Assembly (NCBI GenBank): GCA_964563155.1
Contig: CAZLVL010000009.1
Coordinates: 32,206-96,205, forward strand
Reading direction: 5' to 3'
DNA from: an uncultured Clostridiaceae bacterium
Lineage (GTDB): Bacteria > Bacillota > Clostridia > DUPQ01
DNA length: 64,000 bases
In this document: piece after piece, positions 44,174 to 53,700 of the stretch
How the letters are laid out: each line of letters begins with the position of its first letter
Position numbering within the stretch: the first letter of the stretch is position 1
Notes under the pieces: generated by a model
Databases searched by the model: none
What the model was told of the DNA's origin: nothing
The model's input: only the letters and a program-made list of their open reading frames with translations
Translations under genes and position numbers: made by a program

Positions 44174-44337
44174 AAAATTAATTAATCTACAGTGTAAATA
44201 ACTCTTTTAACAATTTATCCTATTGTCTTGGTGACACTAGAGAATTTTTTAATCTCTAACTATGTACCCTACAAGTTTAAATTGATAATAGACCTTTAAA
44301 AGTTTTGTGATATACTTTTTGATGCGAGGTAAAAAGG

Positions 44338-45393
44338 GTGACTAAAAAAAAGAGTAAGGAAAAAAATAAATTAATATCCATTTTAATAGGCCTTGTTTTT
44401 ATAACCTTAGGTTTAGTTTTTGCCTTTATATATCTACAAAACCCTAAAACCCCTGATATAGAGGTTACACCTAGTCCAAGTCCCTCAAAGGATATAGCAT
44501 CTAATCTTCCTAGTCCTACTAATAGTGCTACACATGAGCCTATTAGTCCTAGCCCTAGTCCAAGCCAGGTTAATCCCTCTCAACCTCCAACATCTGCTTA
44601 TTTAATAGATAGCTTTCAAGGCTTAGAAGACTATGTTAACTATTTATTGAACAAAAATGAGGGTATGTATGGGCTTAGTTTTTTAAATCTAAATACTGAA
44701 GAATATATGGGTATTAATGAAATAGATTTTTATGTGGCTGCATCTTCTACAAAGGTTCCTTTTGTTATGTATATATATAAGATGGTGGAAGAAGGAAAGA
44801 TGTCCTTTGATACCTTAGTAGAGTATACAGAAGATGATACAGAAGCCGGTACTGGAATAATTATTTATGAAGAATATGGAAAAGAGTTTACCATTTTAGA
44901 ATTGACAGACTATGCCATTTTATATAGTGATAATTGTGCAATTAATATGCTTATGAGAATAGCAGGTGAATGGAATATGGTAAATTACATGAATAAGTTG
45001 GGAGCTAAGGTTGATTACATTAACAATAGATGGAAGACCTGCCCTTATGACCTTTTACTATACTTCCAAGAGCTTTATAGGAAGTATGAAGAAAATCCTT
45101 CTTTTTATGAAAGATTCATAGAAACCCTTAGTACTAATAATGTAGCCTATGGGGTAAGTTCCAGATCCATATTGCCAAAAGATGTACAAGTAGGATTAAA
45201 AACAGGGATTAATTACGGTTTACCAACCTACAATGAGACCTCAATAGTTTTTGCTAAAAACACCTATATACTCTCATATTGTTCAAGTAAAATAGTTATG
45301 GAAGAGTCTTTTGATGTCTTTAGAGATTTAAGTTTAACCATATATGAATTTGTTGAAAATGGCCAAGTTTATGTTGATTGGGAAGGCCTCTAA
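44338..45393 (+). CDS. Membrane-anchored class A beta-lactamase-like serine hydrolase
   Basis: N-terminal TM anchor, Ser/Pro linker, then SxxK (SSTK), SDN (YSDN) and KTG (LKTG) motifs in the canonical order. Confidence 0.7.
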   Translation: MTKKKSKEKNKLISILIGLVFITLGLVFAFIYLQNPKTPDIEVTPSPSPSKDIASNLPSPTNSATHEPISPSPSPSQVNPSQPPTSAYLIDSFQGLEDYVNYLLNKNEGMYGLSFLNLNTEEYMGINEIDFYVAASSTKVPFVMYIYKMVEEGKMSFDTLVEYTEDDTEAGTGIIIYEEYGKEFTILELTDYAILYSDNCAINMLMRIAGEWNMVNYMNKLGAKVDYINNRWKTCPYDLLLYFQELYRKYEENPSFYERFIETLSTNNVAYGVSSRSILPKDVQVGLKTGINYGLPTYNETSIVFAKNTYILSYCSSKIVMEESFDVFRDLSLTIYEFVENGQVYVDWEGL

Positions 45394-45409
45394 TCTAAGT
45401 TTTTTCATG

Positions 45410-45438
45410 TTGACAGGTCCATATTGCTATGGTAAAAT
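45410..45438 (+). promoter_or_regulatory. Sigma-A promoter of the rplU-rpmA operon
   Basis: TTGACA (45410-45415), a 17-nt spacer, then TAAAAT (45433-45438). Confidence 0.55.
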
Positions 45439-45444
45439 TCTCAG

Positions 45445-45519
45445 GTGGCCGCACTCGGAGGGTTTTTAAAGTTGCAATACTACCTATTTGAGGCGAGACT
45501 GGCTAGTAGGAGGCAAAAT
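45445..45519 (+). promoter_or_regulatory. Candidate ribosomal-protein L21 leader (cis-regulatory 5' UTR)
   Basis: About 75-nt, relatively GC-rich UTR between the promoter and rplU. Possible stem of ctcaggtgg (45441-45449) with ctacctatttgag (45481-45493). The location matches the L21_leader family of low-GC Gram-positives. Confidence 0.35.
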
Positions 45520-45831
45520 ATGTACGCAATTATTGAGACCGGAGGAAAACAATATAGAGTTTCCGAAGGAGACACCATCTATGTTGAAAAACTTGATGCT
45601 GAAGAAGGAAGTAATATTGAATTTGACAAGATTCTTGCCGTTTCTGCAGATGGAAACTTAAAAGTTGGAAAACCATATGTAGACAGTGCAAAGGTTTCTG
45701 CAACGGTTGAAAAGAACGGTAAAAACAAAAAGATTATTGTTTTCAAGTACAAAGCTAAAAAAGGTTATAGAAGAAAACAAGGTCATAGACAACCGTATAC
45801 CAAGGTTAAAATTGACAAGATATCTTTATAA
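45520..45831 (+). CDS. rplU: 50S ribosomal protein L21
   Basis: [14 protein letters not shown] canonical N-terminus, AGGAGG RBS. The upstream in-frame GTG extension is rejected. Confidence 0.95.
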   Translation: MYAIIETGGKQYRVSEGDTIYVEKLDAEEGSNIEFDKILAVSADGNLKVGKPYVDSAKVSATVEKNGKNKKIIVFKYKAKKGYRRKQGHRQPYTKVKIDKISL

Positions 45832-45847
45832 TTGGAGGTGAAATCGT

Positions 45848-46102
45848 ATGGCACAGAAAAAAGGTGTTGGAAGTACAAAAAACGGTAGAGATAGTGAAAG
45901 TAAAAGACTTGGAGTTAAAAGAGGAGATGGGCAAGCAGTTTTAGCTGGTACCATTCTTGTAAGACAAAGAGGAACAAAAATCCATCCAGGTTTGAACGTT
46001 GGAATCGGAAGTGACGATACTTTATATGCTAAGGCAGACGGAACAGTTAGTTTTTCTCGTTTAGGAAAAAAGAGAAAGCAAGTAAGTATCCTAACCCAGT
46101 AA
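45848..46102 (+). CDS. rpmA: 50S ribosomal protein L27 (no N-terminal propeptide)
   Basis: [24 protein letters not shown], 84 aa, GGAGG RBS. Confidence 0.96.
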   Translation: MAQKKGVGSTKNGRDSESKRLGVKRGDGQAVLAGTILVRQRGTKIHPGLNVGIGSDDTLYAKADGTVSFSRLGKKRKQVSILTQ

Positions 46103-46110
46103 CAAAACAT

Positions 46111-46138
46111 CCGCTTCTATGAAAGAAGCGGTTTTTTT
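46111..46138 (+). terminator. Rho-independent terminator or attenuator between rpmA and obg
   Basis: ccgcttc (46111-46117) pairs with gaagcgg (46125-46131). Followed by a T7 run (46132-46138). Confidence 0.75.
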
Positions 46139-46142
46139 AAAT

Positions 46143-47420
46143 ATGTTTTTAGATGAAGTTAAAATTTATGTAAAAGCCGGAAACGGTGGAGATGGTTCTA
46201 AATCCTTTAGAAGGGAAAAGTATGTTCCCGCAGGTGGTCCTGATGGAGGAGATGGAGGCAAGGGAGGAGATGTTGTTTTAATAACCGATAACAACATCAG
46301 AACTTTACTTGACTTTAAATATACTAAAAAGTATGCAGCTCAAAACGGAGAAAATGGTCAAAAAAAGAATATGTATGGAAAATCAGGACAAGATCTAATA
46401 ATCAAAGTGCCTGTTGGAACCTTGGTTTGGGATGAGGAAAGAAATGCCTTACTTAAAGATATGAACCAAGCAGATATGACATACATAGTTTGTAAAGGCG
46501 GAAAAGGTGGAAGGGGAAACACCCACTTTAAAAGCTCAACAAGACAAGCACCTGAGTTTGCTGAGGCAGGAAATGAAGGGGAAGAAAAAAATCTATTTCT
46601 AGAATTAAGACTTCTTGCTGATATAGGGATTATTGGTATGCCCTCTGTAGGTAAATCTACCTTGATTTCAGTAATAACAGCAGCTAGACCTAAAATTGCT
46701 GATTATCACTTTACAACCTTAGTTCCTAACTTAGGAGTGGTTAAGGTCTCTGATGATTATGAGTTTGTTGTTGCAGATATCCCAGGTTTAATTGAGGGTG
46801 CTTCTGAAGGTCTAGGTCTTGGCCATGAATTTTTAAAGCACATAGAAAGAACCAGACTTCTATTGCATCTACTTGATGCCTCTGAATTAGAAGGTAGAGA
46901 TGCCCTTGAGGATTTTGAGATTATAAATAGGGAGTTGGAAAAATACAATCCTGATCTAGCCCAAAGAACTCAGGTTTGTGTTTTAAACAAAATTGACCTT
47001 TGCTACAATCAAGAAATGCTAGATAGGGTTGATGAGATAGAAGAAAAGATAAAAAGCCAGGGCTTTGAAGTTATTCGTATTTCAGCAGCTACCAAAGAAG
47101 GAACCTCAAAATTGGTAAAAAGAGCAGGAGAACTCTTAAAAGAATTACCTGAAACATTTTTAAATATTCCAGAAGTACAAGAAGTTATTGAGGAAGAAAA
47201 AGAATTGTTTACAGTTAGAAAAGAAGGAAATACATATTTTGTTGAAGGAAGCTGGATTAAAAAGCTGGTTAATTCTACAAATATATACGATAGTGAATCC
47301 TTACGCTATTTCCAAAGTCTCATTAGAGAAAAAGGTGTTATCGATGAGTTGGAAAGTTTAGGCATACAAGAAGATGACCCAGTAGTAATGGATGAATTTG
47401 AATTTGATTATGTAAGATAG
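46143..47420 (+). CDS. obg: GTPase Obg/CgtA
   Basis: MFLDEVKIYVKAGNGGDG N-terminus, glycine-rich Obg fold, G1 GMPSVGKST, G3 DIPGLIEGA, G4 NKID, C-terminal OCT domain. Confidence 0.95.
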   Translation: MFLDEVKIYVKAGNGGDGSKSFRREKYVPAGGPDGGDGGKGGDVVLITDNNIRTLLDFKYTKKYAAQNGENGQKKNMYGKSGQDLIIKVPVGTLVWDEERNALLKDMNQADMTYIVCKGGKGGRGNTHFKSSTRQAPEFAEAGNEGEEKNLFLELRLLADIGIIGMPSVGKSTLISVITAARPKIADYHFTTLVPNLGVVKVSDDYEFVVADIPGLIEGASEGLGLGHEFLKHIERTRLLLHLLDASELEGRDALEDFEIINRELEKYNPDLAQRTQVCVLNKIDLCYNQEMLDRVDEIEEKIKSQGFEVIRISAATKEGTSKLVKRAGELLKELPETFLNIPEVQEVIEEEKELFTVRKEGNTYFVEGSWIKKLVNSTNIYDSESLRYFQSLIREKGVIDELESLGIQEDDPVVMDEFEFDYVR

Positions 47421-47428
47421 AGGTAACT

Positions 47429-47722
47429 ATGATATCAACAAAACAAAGAGCATATTTAAGATCTTTAGCTCAAAGCCTAAATGCTTTGGTGCAAATAGGA
47501 AAAGATGGAATTTCTGAAAACACCTTTATAATGTTTGAAGAAGCCCTAGAAGCCCATGAGCTTATAAAAGCAAATGTATTAAAAAACTGTGATTATGATG
47601 CTAAAGAAGTAGCTAACATTGTTGCAGGTGAAATTGGAGCTGAGATAGTTCAAGTTATTGGAAGAAAGTTTGTTTTGTACAAAGAGTCTACCAAAAACAA
47701 AAAGATTAATCTGAGGATATAA
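47429..47722 (+). CDS. yhbY: YhbY-family RNA-binding protein (CRM domain)
   Basis: 97 aa. KQRAYLRSLAQSLNALVQIGKDGIS is typical of YhbY. Position after obg. Confidence 0.85.
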   Translation: MISTKQRAYLRSLAQSLNALVQIGKDGISENTFIMFEEALEAHELIKANVLKNCDYDAKEVANIVAGEIGAEIVQVIGRKFVLYKESTKNKKINLRI

Positions 47723-47781
47723 GGATATAAGGATAGAATGATGTATTATATGTCTTAGGTTAATATATGAGAAGTTAGAAC

Positions 47782-47806
47782 AAAACCCTGCTAGGGTTTT
47801 TCTTTT
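47782..47806 (+). terminator. Rho-independent terminator after yhbY
   Basis: aaaaccct (47782-47789) pairs with agggtttt (47793-47800). A T-rich tail follows. Confidence 0.6.
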
Positions 47807-47825
47807 ATTTAAAGTTAAAAAAGCC

Positions 47826-48833
47826 CTAAGCCATTGTTTCAAGCATCTTCTTTGTAATAATATACTTAGGCTCTTGATTCTTTAAAACCGCTAAAAAGTC
47901 ATTGTACATGTATTCACTCATTCTTTGGTGTTCATTGGCTAAAGCTCCTGCAATATGTGAGCTGATTAAGATGTTTTTTCTTGAATATAGTAAAGAGTCC
48001 TCTTTAGGAGGTTCAGGATAGGTCACATCTAAAAGGGCAAAGAGTGTAGGATTTTCTTCTAAGGCTCTAACTAAATCATTTTCAATAACTTGAGCCCCTC
48101 TTCCTGTATTGATAAAGGTAGAGTAGTCTGGCATTAAGGAAAAGAACTTGTAATCTAAAATTCCCTTGGTTTGGTCATTGTCAGCTAGGTGGTTAGAAAT
48201 AATATTGCAGTTTTTAAAAATTGTAGATAAGTCGCTTTTAATAACTTGTAATTCAAGCGCTCTTGTATCAGATAAAAAAGGATCAAAGACATAAATTTCA
48301 AAATTACCCATTGCATTTAAATACTCTATAACCTTGCTTCCTATAGCACCTGCTCCTAGTATCCCAATTTTTGAATTATAATTTCCTAGAACCTTATTTC
48401 TAATGCTATATGCTTTTTCAATATTACCTTTTGTATGTTCTATAGAGTTTAAAAAGTAATTTTTATTGGAAAGCATAATTTGAGAAAGAGTAAATTGAGC
48501 TACAGGTATGGCATTAGCTAAATAGGCTGAGTGGATAAGAACCTGATTATCCATAAAGGGCTTAGCAAAATATTGAACTGAACCTGCTCCATAGAAGATG
48601 TGTTTTAAATTAGGAAAGATATCTCTTACTTCCTCTTTATTTAAAGTAACCATACCCCAAGAAGAAAATATATATTTCACATTTTTAAAAGCCTCTTTAT
48701 TATTAAAAAGGTCATCTTTTGTAAAACAAATATCTTTTTTTATGATGGTGTGTTTTTCAATCTCGTTTAAGATCTTTTCATTGTATACAGAGTATAGTTT
48801 ATCCACTTGATTACTTAATAATATGCTTTCCAT
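47826..48833 (-). CDS. D-isomer-specific 2-hydroxyacid dehydrogenase family protein
   Basis: NAD fold IGILGAGAIGSKV, TGRG, and a catalytic-region histidine SSHIAG. 335 aa. Confidence 0.8.
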   Translation of the reverse strand: MESILLSNQVDKLYSVYNEKILNEIEKHTIIKKDICFTKDDLFNNKEAFKNVKYIFSSWGMVTLNKEEVRDIFPNLKHIFYGAGSVQYFAKPFMDNQVLIHSAYLANAIPVAQFTLSQIMLSNKNYFLNSIEHTKGNIEKAYSIRNKVLGNYNSKIGILGAGAIGSKVIEYLNAMGNFEIYVFDPFLSDTRALELQVIKSDLSTIFKNCNIISNHLADNDQTKGILDYKFFSLMPDYSTFINTGRGAQVIENDLVRALEENPTLFALLDVTYPEPPKEDSLLYSRKNILISSHIAGALANEHQRMSEYMYNDFLAVLKNQEPKYIITKKMLETMA

Positions 48834-48939
48834 AAAAGTATCTTAAAGTTTAGAAATTAACTTGTCAACCCAATGTATATATTAAAGAGGTAGGTTATTT
48901 TCCACATATTTTATGATATTATTTATACAGGTGGTAAAA

Positions 48940-49833
48940 ATGAATAATAAATATATTGTAGTAATTGGTGCGGTTAATGCTGATATTACTGGCAAAGCTT
49001 TTGATGAAATTATTAATAATGAATCTAATATTGGCCAAATTAATATTAGCCCTGGGGGAGTTGGAACTAATATTGCTAGAAACCTGGCAAATCTATCTCT
49101 TAATACATATTTAATAAGTGTTTTATCAAAAGATTTTCTTGGGCCAATCCTTTTAAAAGAGATTGAAAATAAGCATCTTTCTTTAGAGCATGCATATTTT
49201 TCTGAAACTTTGAGCTCAGATAAGTATCTATCAGTATTACAAAACGATGGAAGCCTTTTTTGTGCCATTAATGAAACAAAGGCCATAGAAAGTCTTTCTT
49301 TATCTCATTTGGAAGAAAAAAGAAGGATATTGGAAAATGCTGCTTGCATTATTTTTGATTGTAACTTAAAAGAAGATACCATTAGATACCTTACTAGAAA
49401 CTATTCCCATAAAAAGCTTATTGCTGAGGCGGTGTCATCTGCCAAGGTTACTAAGTTAAAGCCCTTTTTAAAGGACATCTATTTGGTTAAAATGAATACC
49501 AATGAATTTGAGAGTCTATATGGATATAAATTTACAGATAGTAGGGCTATAGAGATGTCTTTAAGAGATGAGAATATTATTGTTGTGACAGCAGGTCCAA
49601 AGGGAAGTTTTGCTTATGTTAAAGAAAAGGAGTATTTTCAAAAAGCCTATACCATAGATAAGATTATTTCTGTAAATGGGGCAGGGGATGCCTTTTTAGC
49701 AGGTTTAGTCTATGGCATTTTAAGAGAATATGATATTAAATATTGCTTAAAGCTAGGGGCCAAAATGAGCTATAATACTCTTTTAGCACAAGAGTCAGTA
49801 AACAAGGAAATTGACTTAGACAAATTTGATTGA
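48940..49833 (+). CDS. psuK: PfkB-family carbohydrate kinase, probable pseudouridine kinase
   Basis: IVVIGAVNADI, PGGVGTNIA and GAGDAF motifs. Lies immediately upstream of psuG. ATG 48940 follows a GGTGG RBS. Confidence 0.75.
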   Translation: MNNKYIVVIGAVNADITGKAFDEIINNESNIGQINISPGGVGTNIARNLANLSLNTYLISVLSKDFLGPILLKEIENKHLSLEHAYFSETLSSDKYLSVLQNDGSLFCAINETKAIESLSLSHLEEKRRILENAACIIFDCNLKEDTIRYLTRNYSHKKLIAEAVSSAKVTKLKPFLKDIYLVKMNTNEFESLYGYKFTDSRAIEMSLRDENIIVVTAGPKGSFAYVKEKEYFQKAYTIDKIISVNGAGDAFLAGLVYGILREYDIKYCLKLGAKMSYNTLLAQESVNKEIDLDKFD

Positions 49834-49879
49834 GAATATTAGAAATTAATATGAATTGATGTTTAAATAAGAGGTAAAG

Positions 49880-50791
49880 ATGGAAAAGTATTTAGATTAT
49901 TCTTTAGAAGTTGAAGATGCATTAAAAAATAATAAACCAATTGTGGCCTTAGAATCCACCATTATTAGTCATGGGATGCCTTATCCTAAAAATATTGAAA
50001 CAGCCCTTTTATGCGAAAAGGCTATAAGAGATAATGGAGCTGTTCCAGCTACTATAGCTATTTTAAAGGGTAGGATAAAAATAGGTTTGGATAAAGATGA
50101 AATAGAAGAGCTGGCAAAGGCAAAAAACGTCTTTAAAATGTCTAGAAGAGATATAGCTACAATTGTTGCTAATAAAGAAAATGGGGCTGCCACAGTGGCT
50201 GCTACCATGATACTAGCTCAGATGGCAAATATTAAGGTCTTTGCTACAGGGGGAATTGGTGGTGTTCACAGGGGGGCGACACAAACCTTTGATATCTCAG
50301 CAGACCTACAAGAATTATCCAAAACTTCAGTAGCTGTAGTTTGTGCTGGAGTAAAAAGTATTTTAGATATTGGCTTAACCCTAGAGTATCTTGAGACCAT
50401 GGGAGTACCAGTCTTAGGCTACAAAACTGATAAGTTTCCAGCCTTTTATACAAAAGACTCAGGTTATCTATGTGATTTTGCCTTAAGTGGACCTAAAGAA
50501 GCTGCAGATATTATAAGGGCTAAATGGGATTTAGGCCTTTTAGGAGGTCTTGTTATAGCAAACCCTATTCCTGATCAGTATTCTATGGATAAAGATTTAA
50601 TTGATAATATTATTAATGATGCCTTAAAGAAAGCTGAAATTAATAATATAAAGGGAAAGGATATTACTCCTTTTCTTTTGGACTACATTAAAGAACTTAC
50701 AAAAGGAGATAGTTTATCTGCTAACATTGAGCTTGTTATTAATAATGCCAAGGTTGCAGCCCAAATAGCAAAGAAATTATATGAGTATTAG
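49880..50791 (+). CDS. psuG: Pseudouridine-5'-phosphate glycosidase
   Basis: IndA-family signatures VALESTIISHGMPYP and ATGGIGGVHRG. 303 aa. Confidence 0.9.
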   Translation: MEKYLDYSLEVEDALKNNKPIVALESTIISHGMPYPKNIETALLCEKAIRDNGAVPATIAILKGRIKIGLDKDEIEELAKAKNVFKMSRRDIATIVANKENGAATVAATMILAQMANIKVFATGGIGGVHRGATQTFDISADLQELSKTSVAVVCAGVKSILDIGLTLEYLETMGVPVLGYKTDKFPAFYTKDSGYLCDFALSGPKEAADIIRAKWDLGLLGGLVIANPIPDQYSMDKDLIDNIINDALKKAEINNIKGKDITPFLLDYIKELTKGDSLSANIELVINNAKVAAQIAKKLYEY

Positions 50792-53700
50792 AGTATTAAC
50801 TTCTAAAAGAAAAAAACTGTTAACAGAAAGGTTTTTGTTTGAGATAAAAAAAGAATCAAAGAAAAACCTCTTCTTAAAGCAAAGACTTATAGTTATTATT
50901 CCAGAGCAATTTTCCTCCTATTATGAAGAGGTTTTGGCAGAAGAATCAGGTCTAATAAACATAGAGGTTATGACCTTTTCCAGATTGGTCCAAAGACTTT
51001 TTGATTTAGAATATGTTCAAAATCAAAATATCCTTTCTCAAAGCGGAAAGACCATGATTTTATACTCTCTTTTAAATTCAGATGAACTATCACTAAACTA
51101 CTTTAAGCAATCTGCAAGATTTCCTGGCTTTTCAACTCTTTTAAGTAAGACTTTAAATGAACTGCAAAATAATAGCATTGGTTATATGGATTTAAGAGAC
51201 TTTGCCACTAAAGGTGATTCATCTACCATTGAGGAGAAATTTTTAGAGCTTGCAGATATTTATCAAGCATTTACCACTCATATTCAAGAAAAAGGCTATA
51301 ACACAGAAGATTTAGCTTTTGAGACTTTAAACAGACAAATTCTTGACAGTGATTTGTTTAAAGATGCATTTATTTGGGTGGACAGATTTTCATACTTTAC
51401 TAGTAACGAGTTTAATATCCTTAAAAATCTAGCAAAGGTAGTTAATAAGATAAATATAAGTCTTTGTTTAGATGCTAATAGAGACTCATATGACAGTGAC
51501 CTATTTGTAACAGCCTGGTCTACCTTGGATGAAATAAAGGGTTTTTCAGAAGAGAAAAAGATTGAGCTATCAATTGAAAATATTTCTTTAATAGATAAAA
51601 AGGAAGAGGATTTAGAGATAACAACACTTTTAGAAAATCTCTTTTTAAATAGGTCTGAAAGCCTTGATAATAAGGTTGATAATATAAGTTTATACAAGGC
51701 CTTGGACATATATGAAGAAGTGGAATATGTAGCCATAGATATTAAAAAAAGGGTTGTGGAGAAAAAAGAGCGCTATAAAGACATACTACTAGTTACATCT
51801 GATCTAGATTCATATGAAAAGATTGCTTTAGCTATTTTTTCCCAATACGATATTCCTTTTTATGTTAATAAAAGAAAAAATATTACAGATAATCCACTTA
51901 TTAAATTTATATCCACTCTTATGGACATATATATTTGGGATTATGATTCCTCTTACATTATAAAACTACTTAAAAACATTTATTCAGGCTATGAAGATGA
52001 GGACTTAATATACAGCTTAGAAAACTACATCATAAAATGGGGAATAAAAGGAAAAAGAGCCTGGCATTTAAATTGGAATTATGAAAATTCAAGTAAAGAC
52101 TTGTTGATGAATAAAATTAAAGACTCTTTAATAAACAATCTTGATCAGTTTTTTAAAAAAATTGAAAAGCCAATTTCAGCCTATGATTTTGCAAATGAAT
52201 TCTATCTTTTGTGTGAAAGATTTAAGTTAAGAGATAAGCTTTCAGATTCTAGCTTTTTTGACAACCTTTATGATTATGAAGAAGCTAAACAGTGCTACAA
52301 CTCTTTTATCAAAATCTTAGACCAATTAGTGTATGTAGCCCCTGAAAAAGAAAATGATTCTTATCTATATTTGCAAATGCTTAAAACTGCCTTTATGGAA
52401 GAGACCATTGGTATAACACCTATGACTCAAGATTGTGTCTTTTTAACAGATGTTCAAAGAACCGATATATTTGACTATCAAAGCCTGTATCTTTTAGGGG
52501 TTAATGAAGGGACCTTTCCTGGTATATCTCAGCCTTCAGCTATTTTTAATGAGATGGAATTGGAGATTTTTGAAAATGAAGGATACAGCCTCTTTAAAAA
52601 CCTCTTTGATAATGAAGATGAGCAAGACTATATTGTTTACTCACTACTTCAAAGTAGTAAAAGTGATTTAACCATTACTTATCCTAGTAATGACTTTGAG
52701 GGAAATTACTTATTTCCATCTCCCTATATAAATAAAATAAAGGGGATTTTTCCTAATATTAAGCAGGTTCATAAAGAGGACTTATCAACCTTTGACTATA
52801 TCTACAATCTTAAAAGTGGATTTTCACAATTGAAAGACACAAAAGACTTTTTAGAAAGAGTAGAAGTAAGCGAGAATTTTGAAAAACTTCTAGATAAAAA
52901 AGAGCAAGAGAAAAAAGAATTAGATGGACTTGGAAAGGTTTTGTTTGATACTAAGTTGAGCTTAAGTCCCACTATGCTTGAAAGCTATATAGCTTGTCCC
53001 TATCAATATTTAATGCGCTATGGCTTAAAGTTGTATGAAAGAGAAGAATTTGACTATTTTTCAAAGAATCTGGGAAATTTTAGGCATCTTCTTTTATCAA
53101 ATACCCTAAAGCATATTTTTAATGAGTATAAAGATGACTATACAAAAGAAGAGTTAGAAGAACTATGTATTGAATATGCAAATAAGATTAATTCTGTAAA
53201 TAATATATATAAAAAAGATCCTTTAATGGAATATATTCAAGATAGGGCTATTAATCAAACTGTAGAAACTTTAGAGGCTACTTTGGAAGTGTTAAAAACA
53301 GAAAAGATTAAGCCCTTACACTTTGAGGCTGAATTTAGTGATAAATCAGAATTTCCATCTATTACAATAAAAGAAGACAATATGGAAATTAGCCTTTCAG
53401 GAAAGATTGATAGAATTGATAGGGGAGTGGATGAGTATTCTCAACTATTTAGAGTTATAGACTACAAATCATCTTCTACTGATATTTCTTTGTATCAAAT
53501 AAAAGATGGCAGTAAAATTCAATTACCTTTTTATGCTTATGCATATGAAAAACTAAGCCACTCTTTGCCTTTAGGCTTTTATTATATGGTCCTTGACCAT
53601 GAATTTGTGGAAACTAAAAAAACAGAAGAAGAAGATCCTAACAAAAAGAAAATATCTTTAGTTGGCTACACCTTTAAAGATGATAGTTTTGAATTTGAAG

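Noticed and set aside
44174-44337. Possible hairpins (tctacagtgt/acactagag, tagaga/tctcta) between the lipoprotein and beta-lactamase-like genes
   Set aside because: The stems are imperfect or lack a following U-tract, so I could not support a terminator or riboswitch call.
45445-45519. GTG-initiated N-terminal extension of L21 in the ORF track
   Set aside because: The canonical L21 N-terminus [14 protein letters not shown] starts at 45520 behind an AGGAGG RBS. The extension overlaps the predicted transcription start and leader.
47717-47745. aggatata-aggatata-aggataga triple 8-mer at the yhbY stop
   Set aside because: It is short and partly coding. Simple local duplication is the most likely explanation and no function is evident.
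51296-51736. 146-aa minus-strand ORF antisense to addB (also 48882-49286 antisense to psuK, 36909-37217 across the DUF2804/rhaA junction, 58167-58481, and 10062-10343)
   Set aside because: All overlap better-supported genes or terminators on the other strand and translate to low-complexity S/L/F/I-rich sequence. I treat them as frame artefacts.
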